A stretch of DNA of 64,000 nt from Rhizodiscina lignyota (taxonomy: Eukaryota), in the NCBI GenBank assembly GCA_010015805.1, contig ML978126.1, positions 1,612,001 to 1,676,000 of the forward strand, in the 5' to 3' direction. The position numbers were made by a program, and so were the translations under genes. The notes beneath the pieces were generated by a model. The model searched no databases. It was not told where the DNA came from and saw nothing but the letters and a program-made list of their open reading frames with translations. Positions 60,496-64,000 of the stretch are shown one piece after another (within the stretch, counting starts at the first letter, position 1; each line of letters starts with the position of its first letter).

Positions 60496-61546
60496 TCTTT
60501 TTCATCTTTGGTTCCGCCTTGAGTGGGACAATGAGGAAGAAGATCTTGTCTCAAAAGTTCTCTTCAATCAGTCCAATTGTTTTCGCGTGCTTGCTCCTAT
60601 GCTTGCTTGCTATATCCTTTGCTTACTTACTTGCTATGCCTGCAGCAATTTTGTTGTCATGTTAAGGCTTGTGGCTTGGTGTGGAGGCTCATTTGTGGTC
60701 TTTAAGAGGCCTGTTCGAGAAAGCATGGCATTTTGATAAATAGATAGATAGATCAGGACCAACTATGAAGAAGCCTTGAAATGCAAATAAAAGCAGGAGT
60801 ACTCTTTCATTAGCTTAAACTTTGGGCCTACTTCTGCCTTGTGCTTATTGCTAGTGTGGTAGTAGTCCGTCGATTCCCATAACAACGTGTATGAATTGCA
60901 CCATCTCTACGCCCTCCACGGCCTGTTCCCTAGAGCAGGAAAACCACTGATCCCAAAGCATATGGACTGACAGTTCAGGATTCAGATATCAGTTCATGAG
61001 TTCGTTTGCCTCAAAGCATTGATTGTCATCTATCTGTTGCCTGACCCTTTCGTCGCTACTGCCATTGCACATCGCGCTACAGGAGCTGGCATACACCATC
61101 AGCACATAAACGCACTCAATCAAGGCCGGAATCCCTATGTTGGGTAGAACTGCTTGCTTTGGTTGGTAGAAGCAACGAATGGTCATCATATCCATGAATC
61201 TGCTCTGCTGACTTCATTTGTAGTCTCGCGTCGGGCCACTCCCGTATGTTACAGTAAAATAAACACCAAAACGCCACGCCCATTTCTTCCAGGTTGCAGC
61301 TCATTAAGTGCAAATCCACAGGACTGCGAAAGACGGTGATAAGCCCGTTACCATTCTCTTATCGGCCTTTCAAGCCCATTACAAGTTTGATCTCGCAGTA
61401 AGATCTCTTCTTGTTTCCGCTGCCACCATGGGTGATGGGTAAGTCTGCTCTCCCAAAGGCGCTAAACATCCAATAGTTCGTGTTGAATTCCTATAGCCAA
61501 ATCTGACAAGTCTCCCAACTTCAAAGGCCAGAAACTGCCACTCCCC

Positions 61547-62682
61547 ATGGATACCATTCCAGACGTCCCCTCCGCTCTCGACCAATTCTTGGAACATTTG
61601 AACACGAGCCACGTTCCACACGGCATCACCACGAGGATGGCCGCTCAGCACTCGCTCGCCCCCCTCCTCCTCCTCCTCTTCCTCCTGCGCATCGACTGTC
61701 ACCTTTACCACCTCCAAGAGTCGTTCCACACAAAACAAAGGAGCGCCTTCTCCCAGCACAGAAAGACTTCTTGATGAGCATGCATCAGCTGTTCGGTACA
61801 AGCGATTTTTGTGGGACCCTCCTTGAAACAGACCCATTGGAACATTGCCACTGCTGCGATGGCGAATTCCACACAGGCGGCAAAAGTTTCTCACCAGTAT
61901 TTGCCGATCGACTTGATTACGCCTGCAATGTTTTGCTCCTACCCTGCTCTCATACGTTTGGCAGCAGGTACCTCGAGCATGTCTGGAAAGCAAGCGGCAT
62001 CAACTTCTGCCCAAGCAAGGAACGGCTCCCCTTATGCTCCGAGTCGCTGTTTCTTCCCTGCTTTACGGTGACCCAACTCATCCGCAACTACCAACTTAAG
62101 AATCCTGTCTTGAAGAAATACTGCAGGCGCGCCTTCGGAGAGCATGTCGTCGAAGTCGTGGACAACCTCAGGCCCTGGGAGCCGGAACAAGTTGACTTGA
62201 GGGACGGCGACAACTCATTTGGCAATCACGACCCTCTGGCCCACTTTCGCAGTTTGATTCCAAAGCTCCATAACGGTCGAAAGCTGAAGCGGCAGCTGGA
62301 ACTATGGATGGGTTGTTTGGACTGGGACACGGTCATGGACTACTTCTGCATGAAGAAGGCGATGCCATGGGCCTATGGCAAGCCGAAGTATGATGTCTTT
62401 GTCGCACGGGAGAGTATCGAAGAGGGCATCAACAACGCTCGACGCGCCTACCTGCCAGTGGGTAAACTTCTGGATCCAGTCTTCCTACACGGCATCTTGT
62501 GGGAATCTGTGTGCGAGCAAATCCTTGTCTTCGACTTCGATACAAACGACGGGTTGGTTCATTGCGATTGGATGGACTCGACAGTTGACACGCCAGAGAA
62601 GTACATGTTGCGATATGTTCTATGGATATGGGCAACTTGTCCGATTGATGAGGAGGGAGTTATCTCTTGGACTGTGTCGTAG
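61547..62682 (+). pseudogene. Degenerate RING-finger-like gene with a probable frameshift
   Basis: CHCC...LPCSHTFGSRYLEHVW...FCPSK is a RING-like pattern with some zinc ligands lost. ATG 61547 is out of frame with the 303-aa ORF, and the shift probably lies near the C/CCT run at ~61660-61690. Confidence 0.55.
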
Positions 62683-64000
62683 TCGTGACGAGCATCTGGG
62701 GAGACAACTGGACTGAAAACACTTTGACGTAGGGGCAAAACTCTCTTCGAGTCTGGATTCACAGGACAAAGCTTTGGTACATGCATGGGAAGGAATTTCT
62801 TTTGAGGTTGCGTATCGTCAACTCGGCATGAAATTGTACTGGAGACAGTTACTCAGGGCTATGCTCTCTTGTCTCCACCGTCATGGGAGTGGAATTAAAG
62901 CAACAATTTCTCTTTGTAATTAGATGTTTCCTCGACAATGCGATTTTTTACCCGCAGTGTTTTGCTTCGGACATGATAAGTAGCAAGGTTTAGCTTGACA
63001 ATGCTATGTCTTCCTTCCCATTTCTTTGTCCGGGTTTCACTATTGCCTATACTCGCTAACTTATTGAATACTTCTCCAACCAAGATATTAACCATAGCCT
63101 TCACTCTGTCCACATCCAACGGCATACCAGCTCCCTTGTTAGTACAGCCCCATCTCGTCCAATAAGCCCGATCCTTCGGCACGTTTTTTCGACCCACAAG
63201 ATCGATTCCCTCCTCCAATCAGATAGCATCATCAGCATACCAGATACAAATCCTTAGATAGTCACTGATTGGCTCGGTTGGGGAGAGTGGACTCCGGACA
63301 TGCTGTTTCTTCCCCGAAGTCTTGTCGACTCTGAGCAGGAACGGGATGAGCGCGCTCGGCAAGCTCGTTTCCGCAGGGAAGGTCTTGCTTATTGGTACGG
63401 ACAGACGGATGAACGACTCTGCACGCTTCGCGCTGGTTCAACTAGAACTGGCATTCTAAATGTACGTAGGGTGTACCACCAAACGCTCGCAGGCTTCCAA
63501 GCGGAAAACCGACAACTCCCTGAATAAAATCACGATGCACCTTAGTAAGATTTGTGATCTTATAACGCATGGTTGCGTCTATGGAGGAGACTGAGACGAT
63601 ATTGATAAACTGCTTAGCCTGTTCATAGTTGAAGGGCAAGGCTGCGCAAAGCATTTGGTAACCAAGGCCGCCCGCTGACTTTGGATCCTGAAGAGGCCAT
63701 CTACATGTCAAGTTACATGTACCACTTCGAGAGACCCAAATGCTTACAGTTGAGCTAATCTAGTACTTAACTGATGCCACTAAGGCCTGGAGTGAATACT
63801 AGCACATATTCCGGATCGACCACATTGCTATAGTGAATGCGCCAGCTCCTCCTCCACACTGAAACGATGGAACATGTGGAGACCGAAACCCAAAGCCCTA
63901 TCTCCAACTCGAAGTGACTGGTACAATACCCATAGAGGATCCCTCCGTACGCCATATACATGGGTTTGGGCCTACTCTGGTAGTACCAGACCCTAATCTA

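Overview
Intron-containing eukaryotic DNA from a filamentous ascomycete (Pezizomycotina-type GT..CTRAY..YAG introns). Intact-looking genes include a C2H2-zinc-finger/protein-kinase fusion that runs off the left edge, a DHA2-type MFS transporter, an NmrA-like protein, a Jen1-like carboxylate transporter, a nitronate monooxygenase, a nuclear Rps3(uS3m)-like gene, a Cdc37_C-like/PHD chimera and an ACT-family amino-acid permease. They are interspersed with disrupted HeLo-like, F-box and RING genes and a long gene-poor block (~33-50 kb). The main result is three dispersed U2 snRNA-like genes (7.2 kb +, 23.5 kb -, 60.4 kb +), each with its own TATA box. All keep the U2 fold with compensatory changes, but all replace the normally invariant branch-point recognition sequence GUAGUA with GAAGAU and have an altered Sm site. 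This suggests a variant U2 snRNP family. A candidate box H/ACA snoRNA with a similar promoter layout lies at 40.2 kb. All family assignments were made by eye from remembered motifs; no database search was run.
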